Assembly: GCA_038087875.1 (NCBI GenBank) | Contig: CM075989.1 | Location: 12,154,001 to 12,218,000 of the forward strand | Source: Malacoraja senta | Taxonomy: Eukaryota | DNA length: 64,000 nucleotides | Reading direction: 5' to 3' | Shown: positions 41,661-52,440 of the stretch, piece by piece | Layout: every line of letters starts with the position of its first letter | Position numbering within the stretch: position 1 is the first letter of the stretch | Made by a program: the position numbers and the translations under genes | Notes under the pieces: model-generated | What the model was told of the DNA's origin: nothing | Database searches by the model: none | The model's input: only the letters and a program-made list of their open reading frames with translations

Positions 41661-42959
41661 ATACACCTACCATAGAAAAAACTGTTTTGCGCTACCTACC
41701 CTGCTACGCTTCTTCTAATTTTATATATTTATTTCGAGTTGACCCACAGCCTCCTGTGCTCCAGGGAAAATGGGCCCAGCCTATCCAATCGCTCCCCATA
41801 GCTAGAATCCTATAATCGGGCAACATTGTGGTGAATCTCCTCTGCACTCTCTCCAGTATAATCCCATCCACAGCATCACATACAGTGTTTTCTAACCTTC
41901 CCATAAAAGGTTACATTAAGCTAAACTAAAGGACAATGTTACGTTAAAGCTGAAAATACTTGGAAATACTCACCAAGTCAAGCACCATATGTGTGAAGAG
42001 AAATAGTAAATGTTTCAGGTCTGAGATTTTTTGTCAGAATGGGGGATGAGAAAAAATAAGTACATTTTCTGTGGCAGAGAGGGTGGGTGAAGGATGGGTA
42101 GAACAAAGGGAATATCTCCTTGCACCAAATGGGTCAATGTGGCAGCCAGAAGCAAATTATGGTTTGGGCTGTAGGATATGGCCAGTTGGCCAGACTCTAT
42201 TAATGCAGAGAGTAAATAATGAGTCAAAGATCACAGTTGGATGAATGCAGAAACTGCTAGTTTTGAAAGACAGAAGACCAAGTTACCCAAATTTGGAGAT
42301 GTTAATTTTGAGTCTAGAAGGTTGCAACGTGCCCAGAAGATGAGTAACACTCAGAAAAATCATAGTGGGAGTAGAGTGGAGAATAAATATGGTGAGCAAA
42401 AGGAAGCTCAGGGTCACTGTGTGCAGTAGTCTAGAAAGCAATCATCTAGTCTTCTCTTGGGTTCTCCAGTGCTGAAGAGATTACATTGTGAACACGAAAT
42501 GTGGAACACCAGATTGTAAATTCAAGTGAATTGCTACTACACCTGAAAAGACTGTTGGGTCACATTAGGCAGGAAATGGTGTTGGACAGACTGATGGGAC
42601 TGAAGGCTGATAAATCCCCAGGGTCTGATGGTAGTGGCTCTAGAAATGGTGGATGCATTATTGATCATTGTCAAATGTTCTATAGATTCAGGTTCAGTTC
42701 CTGTGGATTGAAAGGTAGCTAATGTTATCCCACTTTTTAAAGAAATGCGGGAGAGAGAAAACAGGGAATTTTACTTCGGAGTCACGTGAGTGACTACGTG
42801 AAGAAGACCCCGTCCAGCCGCACACGCGTCATATCGATCAGACGCATAGCGTTCATGACCGTGTGTGGAGAAGCAGGAGCTCCTCCAGGCGGTGAGTAAA
42901 AAGCATAAAGTAAAAAGTCGAGAAGGTAAGTGCTTTCATTTTCACTTACAGGGTGCTTT

Positions 42960-44500
42960 TCTTCCCGCTCAGACGTGTTGGAAAGAGGGTAGGGGAAGGA
43001 GAGGACAGGGACGCACCGCAGGTAAAACCCCAGATTCTAAGGGTAGCGGGCGTCAGGCAGAGGAGTCAGTGGCATCGAAGCCATTAACTCCCGTTGAGGT
43101 CGAATGTGCTGTCAAACCGCCGGCGGCGGGGCGCAAGGCTGGACAAAAGTCGGCCCGACCTGTAGACTCAGATAAGTCAGACCCAGAGGTATACCCTCCT
43201 GAAGCAGAAATGTTATAGCTGCAAGGGTCGCTAGCTTAGAGCTCCTGAGGGGAACAAATTTACAAAGAACTCCCACAGGAGGATTTAGGTCGGTGTTGGC
43301 CAATAAAGGATATCACAGGGTGTGCCTTGGGCAGGCACAAGGGTGGCCTACAGGAGAGCCATCAGAAATGCCTGTGCAAAGCTATTACAGTGGTTGGCCT
43401 ACAGGAGAGCCAGTGCCAGAAATGCCCACAAAAAAGGCAACATATGTGCTGGCCTACAGGAGAGCCAGTGCCAGAAATGCCTGTAAAAAGGCAATATATG
43501 TGCTGGTCTACTGGAGAGCCAGTACCAGAAATGTCTGAGCAAAGACAGTACAAATGTACATATGTGCCAGCACCGACAATTTCAAAAGAAAAAATTATGA
43601 AGCGTTGGCCTAGAGTTGAGCCAGCGCCAGCAGCACCTGAAACAGGGCTGCCTATCCGTGGGCCTACAAGAGAGCCCGCGCAGGGGGAATCTGGTATAGA
43701 CTTACCTGAAACAGGGGAGCCAGAATTTACCCAACCTGAAGAGGAACATCTAGATTCAGAAGATGATTTCTATGAGGATGAGAGCCCATTATCAGAGCTG
43801 AAAGTTCCTGGACTAGCACAAAAGTTTGCTGTTCCCAGAAGAAAAGAAAAAAAGAAAAAAAAAGGGGGAACCTTTGAGAGAGGAAATAGCAATGACTATA
43901 AATTATCTACTCTCCCATCAGCTCCATGAAGTAACTATGGATGAGACTATTAAACAGTATGAGCCCTGGCGAATTGTGACTGGCTAACAGTTCCAGCAGT
44001 GAATAACTTGACATGGGGTTATTTGAGCATTGGGTTTGCCAGGGGATTGGATGATGATTTCATATCAGATTCACAACAAGATGCCTTAGCACTCATGTGT
44101 AGTGCACACTTTGATATAAATTGTATTCGTAAAAATGCAATAAAACCAAATATTCATCCTAAGTATGCAGGGCTCTGGAAATCATCCAACATACAAATGC
44201 CTAATCTGCTGTTTGGAGAAAATCTAGCAAAGAAACTAAAGGACTTGAATGAAGAGTCAAAAACCATGAGTGGTATGATGATGAAACCACCGATGCTGAG
44301 CAGAGCGGTGCGAAGACAGTATCCCTACAGGCGGAATGCTGCTGCTGGAGAAGGAACAAGCCGGTCATTCTCGTATACACGTTGGCGTGCTGCACCGGGG
44401 ATACGTAGGGGTTCCAATATGCCTACCAGAAGGGGACAACAATTGCCAGTGGCAAACCCCGAGTTAGGGAGTCCTGGTCTGGTAAGAAATACAACAAATG
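42960..44500 (+). pseudogene. DIRS gag-like ORF1, frameshifted
   Basis: Fragments containing RKNAIKPNIHPKYAGL...LLFGENLAKKLKDL, typical of DIRS gag C-termini. Boundaries approximate. Confidence 0.6.
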
Positions 44501-44509
44501 TTTTCCATT

Positions 44510-45920
44510 CACAAATAGGGGGAAGGTTACGATTCTTCCTAAAAGAATGGCAGTTAATAACAAATGATTCATTTATTCTAAGTAGCATTGTAGGATTCAA
44601 AATTAAGTTCTATCCACACTTGGATCCTCCAATTCAGAAAAATTCAAGCTGGTCACGGATTTTCTCAAAGGAAGAGAATAAATTGATCAAAGGAGAATTA
44701 GAAACTTTAAGCAAAAAGGGAGAACGAAAAAGGAATGGTGGATGTAGAATCATTTTGGATCTGACAAATCTTAACTTTTATGTACAATATAAACATTTCA
44801 AAATGGAAACATTTACTAATGCCATTCAGCTGATCACAAAAAATTGCTATATGGCAAGCATAGATCTGCAAGATGCATATTATTCTGTGGCAATGCATGG
44901 TAATGATCAAAGGTATTTGAAATTTAGATGGATGTCAGTTATGGCAATTTAAAGCATTGCCCAATGGCCTGACTTCAGCACCAAGATTTTTCACTAAATT
45001 ACTCAAACCAAATTTTAGCTCTGCTAAGAGCTGAGGGCCATGTACTAATGTCCTATTCAGACGATATTCTGATTGTAGGGTACACTTTGGCTACTGCAAA
45101 ATTGTCAGTATCTAGAGTCAAGTACAATTTTGAGAAAATGGGTTTCATTATTCACCTACAAAAATCTAAATTGTTACCAAGCAAGAAGATTGATTACCTA
45201 GGGTTCACAATTAACTTTGAACACATGGTAATCACTTTGCCAAAAGAGAAAAGGCTGCAGTTAATTGAAGGTTGCATCAGACTCATAAACGAGGACACAC
45301 CTTCAATTAGAGAAGTGGCAAGCTTGCTGGGCAAATTAATTGCTGGGTTTCCAGCTGTCAGGTTTGGACCATTGCATTATCAATGTTTGCAGAGGGCTAA
45401 GGTACCAGCATTAAAAATAAATAAAGGGCATTTTGACAGGCCCATGAAATTGACAATTGGATCCATTACAGAAATAATATGGTGGATTAACAATGTCTCT
45501 AATGCTTCCAGAAAAGTTCTGGTAGAAACACCTTCCGTCATTCTACAGACTGATGTAAGTGCTCTTGGATGGGGTGCGACTAACAAAATTTCCAGCTGTG
45601 GAAGTAGGTGGAATGTGAATGAAGTACCTTTGCTGGAAAATCAGGGGATCAATTACCTAGAGCTGTTAGGAGCATTTTATGGCCTTAAAGCTTATTGCAC
45701 TAATATGCAAAATGTGCATGTTCAGGTACAGGTTGACAATACTACAGCTGTAGCATACATAAATCACATGTGTGGTATTAAATCAGAATCATGTGATAGA
45801 TTGGCAAATGAAATTTGGACCTGGTGTATTGCCAGGAAAATTTGGCTGTCAGTAATATATTTACCAGTAAAATTTAATATAATTGCAGACCAAAAATCAC
45901 GTAAATTTAATAATAACAGA
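44510..45920 (+). pseudogene. DIRS reverse transcriptase / RNase H, frameshifted
   Basis: GGRLRFFLKEW, RIILDL, FKMET, SIDLQDAY, YSDD (45054-45065), YLGF. RNase H motifs TDVSALGWG, INYLELLG, DNTTAVAYIN. Confidence 0.9.
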
Positions 45921-46284
45921 ATGGATGTTAAATCAGGATATATTTACACAAATTATAACACAATTTGGAATGCCAGAGATTGATTTGTTTGCATCAAGAC
46001 TGAACCACCAATTGCCTAAGTATATGTCGTGGGAACCTGATCCTGATGCAGTAGCGGTGGATGCTTTCTCGCTACATTGTGGTGGTATGTTTCTGTATGC
46101 ATTTCCACCATTTTGTTTAATCAACAGATGCATACAGAAAATTAAACAAGACTCAGCCTCAGGGATTTTGGTAGTACCAGATTGGCCTACACAGCTATGG
46201 TATGTACTGGTGTCAAAAATGATCAAAAAAACCCTTATGATTATTCCAAAGCAGATAAAACTGCTTGTACACCCTGTAAACTGA
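45915..46284 (+). pseudogene. DIRS methyltransferase-like (MT) domain
   Basis: PEIDLFAS...DAFS...LYAFPPF...LVVPDWPTQLWY. Confidence 0.85.
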
Positions 46285-46323
46285 TGAACCACATCCTTTA
46301 CATGATCGTATTGGTTTGTTGAT

Positions 46324-47405
46324 TTGCAGATTCTAAGAAGGCCATATCTTGGAAAAGGATTATCAGATCGTACGGTGGATGTTATGACAGCAGCCTGGAG
46401 GAATAGTACCCAGAAGCAGTACATTTCCTATATAAAGAAATGGGCGGTGTTTTGTTCAGGAAAGAATAGTGCATATAACACAGCAGAAATTTCAGATGTA
46501 ATAGAGTTTCTTTAAACTCTATACTACAAATTAAAATGTGTTTTGTTCAGGAAAGAATAGTGCATATAACACAGCAGAAATTTCAGATGTAATAGAGTTT
46601 CTTTAAACTCTATACTACAAATTAAAATTAAGTTATATTGCAATCAATACTGCACGAAGTGCACTCTGCATATTTAAGCAGTGAATCAGAACAAAATCCA
46701 ATAGGATCACATCCTTGGGTCTATAGGTTTATGAAAGGAATTTTCAACTCCAATCCTCCTAGACCTAGGTATACAGAAATCTGGAATGTAAAAGATGTAC
46801 TGATGCTGCTGAGGGATTGGAATCCTATTGAAACTCTGTCATTAGCCAAAATCACCATGCAATTGGTTATGCTCATGGCATTAGTTTCAGCTCAGAGAGT
46901 TCAAACATTACAGAAACTAAGAATTGACATAATGAAGGTAGGGGCGAATGCCGTTACATTCTACGTCTATGATTTACTGAAGGTAAGTAGACCTGGGTTC
47001 ACGGGATGTAAGTTGGAGTTTTCAACATATCCTACGGATCCACGGCTATGTGTAGTAACATATGTAAGATGTTACATGGAAACAACCAGAATCTTAAGAG
47101 GCACAGAATTGGCATTTTTTATTAGTCATAAAAAGCCTCATAAGAAAGTGTCAACACAGACAATTTCAAGATGGTTGAAACAGGTGTTGATTTATTCAGA
47201 TATTGATACTGATAAATTTAGATCTCATTCCACCAGGGCGGCATCAACATCGGCGGCCAGGGATTCAGATGTGCCAATAGACCTTATCCTCGCGGCCGCA
47301 GGATGGGCAAGTGAACAGATGTTTCACAAGTATTACCATAAGATTAAAGATCTCGGGGTGTTTAGTGATGCCGTGCTGGATTCAGTATTAAATCCCCCAT
47401 TATAA
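46324..47405 (+). pseudogene. DIRS tyrosine recombinase, disrupted by a stop and a 91-bp duplication
   Basis: SAQR, HSTR, AAGW and FHKYY catalytic-type motifs. N-terminal WRNSTQKQY. Confidence 0.9.
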
Positions 47406-49915
47406 TAAATGGGCCTAATTTGTTACTTTTGTTAAAATAAATAGAACCATTAACTGATTACATTTAATGTTGTGGTTATGCATTGTTGATTGTGCTTACT
47501 CAAATAGAGTCAATCAGTGCAGTGAGCACCTGGATTTTAATCCACGGTGTGAAATCACAGAGCTTTGAAATCTTCACGTAGTCACTCACGTGACTCCGAA
47601 GTAAAATAGTAAGATTAAACGAAAACTTACCAGTTTGAAGTTTGATCTTGATTTTATGAGGAGTAACGTTGAGGGATTACGTGCCCTCCGCTCCCACCCT
47701 CATAAAAGGATCAAGCTGGTAGTTCTAAGTCTTTATGCATCTTACTATCATACTTCAGTAATTATCGTCTGTGATTGTCACTCCGCTGCTTTGAAAGATT
47801 GACGCGTGTGCGGCTGGACGGGGTCTTCTTCACGTAATCCCTCAACGTTACTCCTCATAAAATAAAGATCAAACTTCAAACTGGTAAGTTCTCGTTTAAT
47901 CTTACTATTATAGACCAGTTAGCCTGACATTGGTGGTGGGGAAGATGCTGGAGTCAATTATATGAAATAGCGACACATTTGGATAGCAATAGCAGGATCG
48001 GTCCGAGTCAGCATGGATTTACAAAGGGGAAATCATGCTTGACTAATCTTCTGGAATTCTTTGAGGATGTAACTAGGAAAATGGATAAGGGAGAGCCAGT
48101 GGATGTAGTGTACCTGGACTTTCAGAAAGCATTTGATAAGGTCCCACATATGAGATTAGTGGGCAAAATTAGAGCACATCTTAAACCCATGTCCTCTGGT
48201 TCTTGATTCCCCTGCTCTAGGCAAGAGACTCCGTGTGTGTACCTGAGCTATTCCTCTCGTGATTTTATACACCTCTGCAAGATCACCTCTCATCCTCCTG
48301 CGCTCCAAGGAATAGTCCCAGCCTGCTCAACCTCTCCCTATAGCTCAGACAAGTCCTGGCAACATCCTCGTAAATCTTCTCTGTACCTGTTCCAACATGA
48401 TAACATCTTTCATTTGACATGGTGCACAGATCTGAACACAGTACTCAAAATGTTGCCTCGCCAGTGTCTTATATAACTGCAACATGACCTCCCAACTTCT
48501 ATACTCAATATACTGACAAATGAAACCTATAAACAAATTGCAGACACTTGCCATCATGGCACTCTTTCCTGGATATGGTCAAAGGCAGAAGAGCTCCAAG
48601 AAGTTATGGTTTGATACATTATATTGTATTCTTACATGTTATTTTGGATGTTAACAATGGCACCAGAAAGATTCATAACCATTTTGGGGGGGAAAACACA
48701 GCAATTAATTCAGTGCAAACCCTCCCAATTATAAAATATTGCAAAGGTAACACAAAAAGTTATTATCTGCAGAATAACCCTGAAATATAGATTACGTGGA
48801 CAGGGAAACAGAAGCATGGCAAAGCTTGATTTACTCACAGGTTATGAATGACTACATCAGCTGACTTGAATGATCAAAAATAAGGTTTGTACTGGGAAAC
48901 AGAAAAGTTGGGTAACCGTGAATGAGCAAAATGGCTGCCTTGGTCAAGTAGATGTTCCACTACCTTCACAAATTGACTGTATTAAGAAATTGTCACCACT
49001 TTCTCTATTCCAGTCAACAAAATGTTTCATAGTTCTATACAAATTATCAGCAGTGAATTAAATATTGCTTTGACTCCAAATTCCAAATAAAGCATAAACC
49101 AAACTATAATATTGAAACAATGCCACTATCTAGATGGAAAGATTTAATTTGCAGCTACATCAGACCATTCCTCTATTTGCAAAATGAAGATAGCCCATTC
49201 ACAAAAGGAACATATCCCATTTCATTAAAAATTCAGAGAATAAATGAAATTTGTTACAAAAGACATCATCAACCAATTAGAAATTGAACTATTTAAGTTA
49301 CTCACTTCCCAGCTGTCTGTAGCCTTTTTCATTTTGGTTTTCAGATACTTAATAATCAGTTCACATTAGGACAGGCAAGACCATTGTTTTTTTTTTCCTT
49401 AAAGGGACCATAAAATCTAATGCACACATCACAATAGGCTGCAACCTCTACCTGCCTTTTAAGAACGTTAATTTTAAGATAAAGATTTCTGGGGTTCAAA
49501 ATAAATTTAGCTTTCCCCCTAAATAAAAGCATTTTTGTTAAAAAAAGTTCATGTTTTGAAACTCCAATGATTCCATTAATAATATACTGGCTTATGTTTT
49601 ACAACTGCATTCTTCTGATTCTATTACACTTTATTTGAAATAAACATGACAATACATACATCAATAATTAATGTTTTGAAAAAGAAATTCTACTAATCCT
49701 AACACTATTAAACACACACACCACAGAACATGTTGCACCACTCAAGGTTATATTCTCCATACATTTACTAATTTCCACAAACACTCGGTTGACCAATGCA
49801 TCATTTTTTTATAGTGCTTTTAAAGTGACAATGACATCACTTTATTTAAAATTGCAGGAAGGTATAGGAGGACCTCTCATGGGCTAATGGGTTCTTTTCT
49901 GTTTGCCCTTTTCAG

Positions 49916-49989
49916 CTGGAAGAACAGACGGAACAAATGAGAAGCAGGCACATTTGCCAACAGTTTGGCCAGTGCATGATGAAGTTTAG
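49916..49989 (+). CDS. LCTL: LCTL alternative terminal coding exon ending in HDEV (soluble isoform)
   Basis: Branch-like ctaat and a long polypyrimidine tract ending ttttcag|. Phase 1 join gives AGRTDGTNEKQAHLPTVWPVHDEV*. Confidence 0.7.
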
Positions 49990-51635
49990 GTATTAAGGGC
50001 TTGATGTCATTTTTTCAGTGCCAAGATCAAGTCTTGAAAGCAACAAAGAAAGATGCGCACATTAGCCTTTTAGGTTACAAATCATGACTACAATAGGTTG
50101 AGATTACTTTGTCCTTTCATTTTTACAATTTCCCTAAAATAATTACATTGAGTAAATATTTTGAAAAGTTGTGCATTTTGATTTTAATGCTTTCCTATTT
50201 AAAATATTATATTGTTTTTAACTAAAATGATTCATTTTCTGCTAGTTGAGTTGTTTGGTTTATAAAATCACAATATCAGACAGCTTTCAAATTCTTGGGC
50301 TGCTGGAATATAACAGCAGGAGCCAGTTGGCCCATTATATCCGTGCCACCTCTCAAAGCAAACCCATTCTTCCCCAAAAAACGTATTTCCCTGCTTCATA
50401 TTTTCTCTCACAGGTCCATCATCATCCGCCCTTCCCCTCCCCCTAATTCCCTCTGTTTCTCTTAAATCTACACAAGAGAAATTTAAAGGAGCCAATTAAC
50501 CTACTGGTATGTCTTTGGGATGTAACATGCAAACTCCAAACAGACAACACCAAACTCAGTACCACAAAAGTGCCACCTGCAAAGTGAAAAAAGCTAAGAA
50601 ACTTGCTGGGAAGAGTGGAAAAAGCAAATCTACAGGTGGCAAAAGCTGGAATAACGTTTTCAGAAAGAGTTATATAATTGCACAAACAATGAGGCCAACC
50701 AGATTTACTTCCAAGCCATAAGAACTTCAATAAACACATACAAAATGAATAGATATGATGGACAGAGAATTACGTGAGGTTGTATAGATCCTGGTTGGAG
50801 ATGCAGGGGAGGAGAAAAGTAAACCCACAAGACAGACAATGAGGGTGCCATTAGAAGATCAAAATGTCCATGATAGAAAGAGTTGGGTTTGTTGTTCTTG
50901 ATGAAGCAACAGAGCCAATAGATGTTACGAGCATTGAGTTATCATAAATCGGCCCTTACAAAATTCTCAAGTCATTACCCAAAAATTTGACATTTGGAAT
51001 ATAACTTACAGAATTTGTAAAAAGTAAATAAACAAAATTATTTTTTTTCACCTTAATTCTTGACTTGTTTGCAGATGACTCAGCTTCACTTTATGGAAAA
51101 TTTAACACGGGCCATTTTCTAGGACACAACTGCCCCGTAATCTGGGAGTTGCTTTTTTTAAAGAAAGAACAGATGGTGGCTATGAACTGGGTCCAGGCGC
51201 CCATGGCAGCAAGATATAAACAAGCTCAATGGGGAGCAATTGAGTAAGCATGTACGGGTCTTGAAAAGGGGAACAAGGATTAGACAAACAAAAAAAAACA
51301 GAAAATAGGCAATGAAGACATGTGAGAGTAGCTGACCTCTTTAAATGATTGACTCAAAGATATTTGGTTACATGGACCCGAGTCAGAGAATTAGAAATGG
51401 CAAGGAACATGCTTACGATGCTTTAATACAAATAGGTTATTAGCTCAGTATCTCTCATGTTCTGCTGAAATTTACAGGCACAATCCAAATACATTAAAAG
51501 GAAAATAATCATTGATACTTTTGAGTGGTTTCAAGATATAATTTCTATATTCCTATGACATTACTACTGGAAAATGATCAATGTCTTAGCTCAAACTTAC
51601 AGAATTTGTAAAAAGTAAATAAACAAAATTATTTT

Positions 51636-52034
51636 AGAATCTTATAGAAACGTACAAGATTCTTATGGGGTTGGACAGGCTAGATGCAGGAAGATTGTTC
51701 CCGATGTTGGGGAAGTCCAGGACCAGGGGTCACAGCTTAAGGATAAGGGGAAAATCCTTTAAGACCGAGATGAGGAAAAACTTTTTCACACAGAGAGTGG
51801 TGAATCTCTGGAACTCTCTGCCACAGAGGGTAGTTGAGGCCAGTTCATTGGCTATATTTAAGAGGGAATTAGATGTGGCCCTTGTGGCTAAAGGGATCAG
51901 GGGGTATGGAGAGAAGGCAGGTACGGGATACTGAGTTGGATGATCAGCCATGATCGTATTGAATGGCGGTGCAGGCTCGAAGGGCCGAATGGCCTACTCC
52001 TGCACCTAATTTCTATGTATCTATGTATCTATGT
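51636..52034 (+). mobile_element. Young CR1/HER1 3' fragment
   Basis: Open ORF2 end, 3' UTR and (tctatgta)n tail. Candidate TSD AAACTT at 51593-51598 and 52035-52040. Confidence 0.88.
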
Positions 52035-52138
52035 AAACTTCTAACCTGTAAACCTGTCAAGGTTGTATCTCTATCTGTAGCTTATGTGCTTCAAAGGAAT
52101 TTAATGCTTCATTTATGAGATCTTGCCATAAAAAGTAG

Positions 52139-52177
52139 AAGAGCACAACACTGCTGTCAATATTCTCAGCAAAAGAT
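52139..52177 (+). CDS. LCTL: Candidate 39-nt LCTL cassette microexon
   Basis: tag|AAGAG...AGAT|gtaaca, phase 1-1, encoding EEHNTAVNILSKR(Y). Weak polypyrimidine tract. Confidence 0.35.
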
Positions 52178-52327
52178 GTAACACAGTTTTTATTAAAAAC
52201 AGAATGGGCACATGATAAAAGAATTTTATCGCATATTAAATAAATTCACTTGATTTAGTGCAAACAAATTATTTCTCAAATAATTGAAAGGATTATTTGC
52301 ATCATGTCTTTTTGTTTTGACTTTTAG

Positions 52328-52440
52328 ATCCTCTCATCAATCATATGGAGATGGTGACTGAGATTGTAGTTCCAACCGTGTGCACCCTATGTATACTCCT
52401 GAGTGCTATTTTACTGATGTTCCTACTTCGGAGAAAATGA
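52328..52440 (+). CDS. LCTL: LCTL last exon (transmembrane helix and stop)
   Basis: ttttag| DPLINHMEMVTEIVVPTVCTLCILLSAILLMFLLRRK*. The 13 exons sum to 1701 nt = 566 aa. AATAAA at 52898. Confidence 0.93.

Larger units (their letters stand above)
42768..47909 (+). mobile_element. DIRS1-type tyrosine-recombinase retrotransposon, full length, degraded
   Basis: 37-bp inverted terminal match (42795-42831 / 47800-47836). ICR at 47571-47683 is complementary to both termini. Domain order gag-RT/RNaseH-MT-YR. Interrupts a CR1 at gggaATTatagacc. Confidence 0.95.
42560..48175 (+). mobile_element. CR1 RT fragment split by the DIRS insertion (42560-42770 and 47910-48175)
   Basis: LKADKSPGSDG on the left. 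On the right, YRPVSLT and QHGFTKGKSCLTNLLEFFEDVT..LDFQKAFDKVPH. Confidence 0.85.

Noticed and set aside
43345..43570. CRISPR-like repeat/spacer pattern
   Set aside because: The repeats are degenerate, the linkers are homologous to each other, the units are coding within a DIRS gag, and there are no cas genes. The context is eukaryotic.
45915..47405. Phage integrase plus methylase as horizontal transfer or contamination
   Set aside because: Both are standard DIRS1 domains, bracketed by the element's ITR and ICR.
18778..52440. Alternative identity as LCT, GBA3, KL or KLB
   Set aside because: A single GH1 domain with signal peptide, NNP substitution, C-terminal TM and ZWILCH adjacency fits LCTL.
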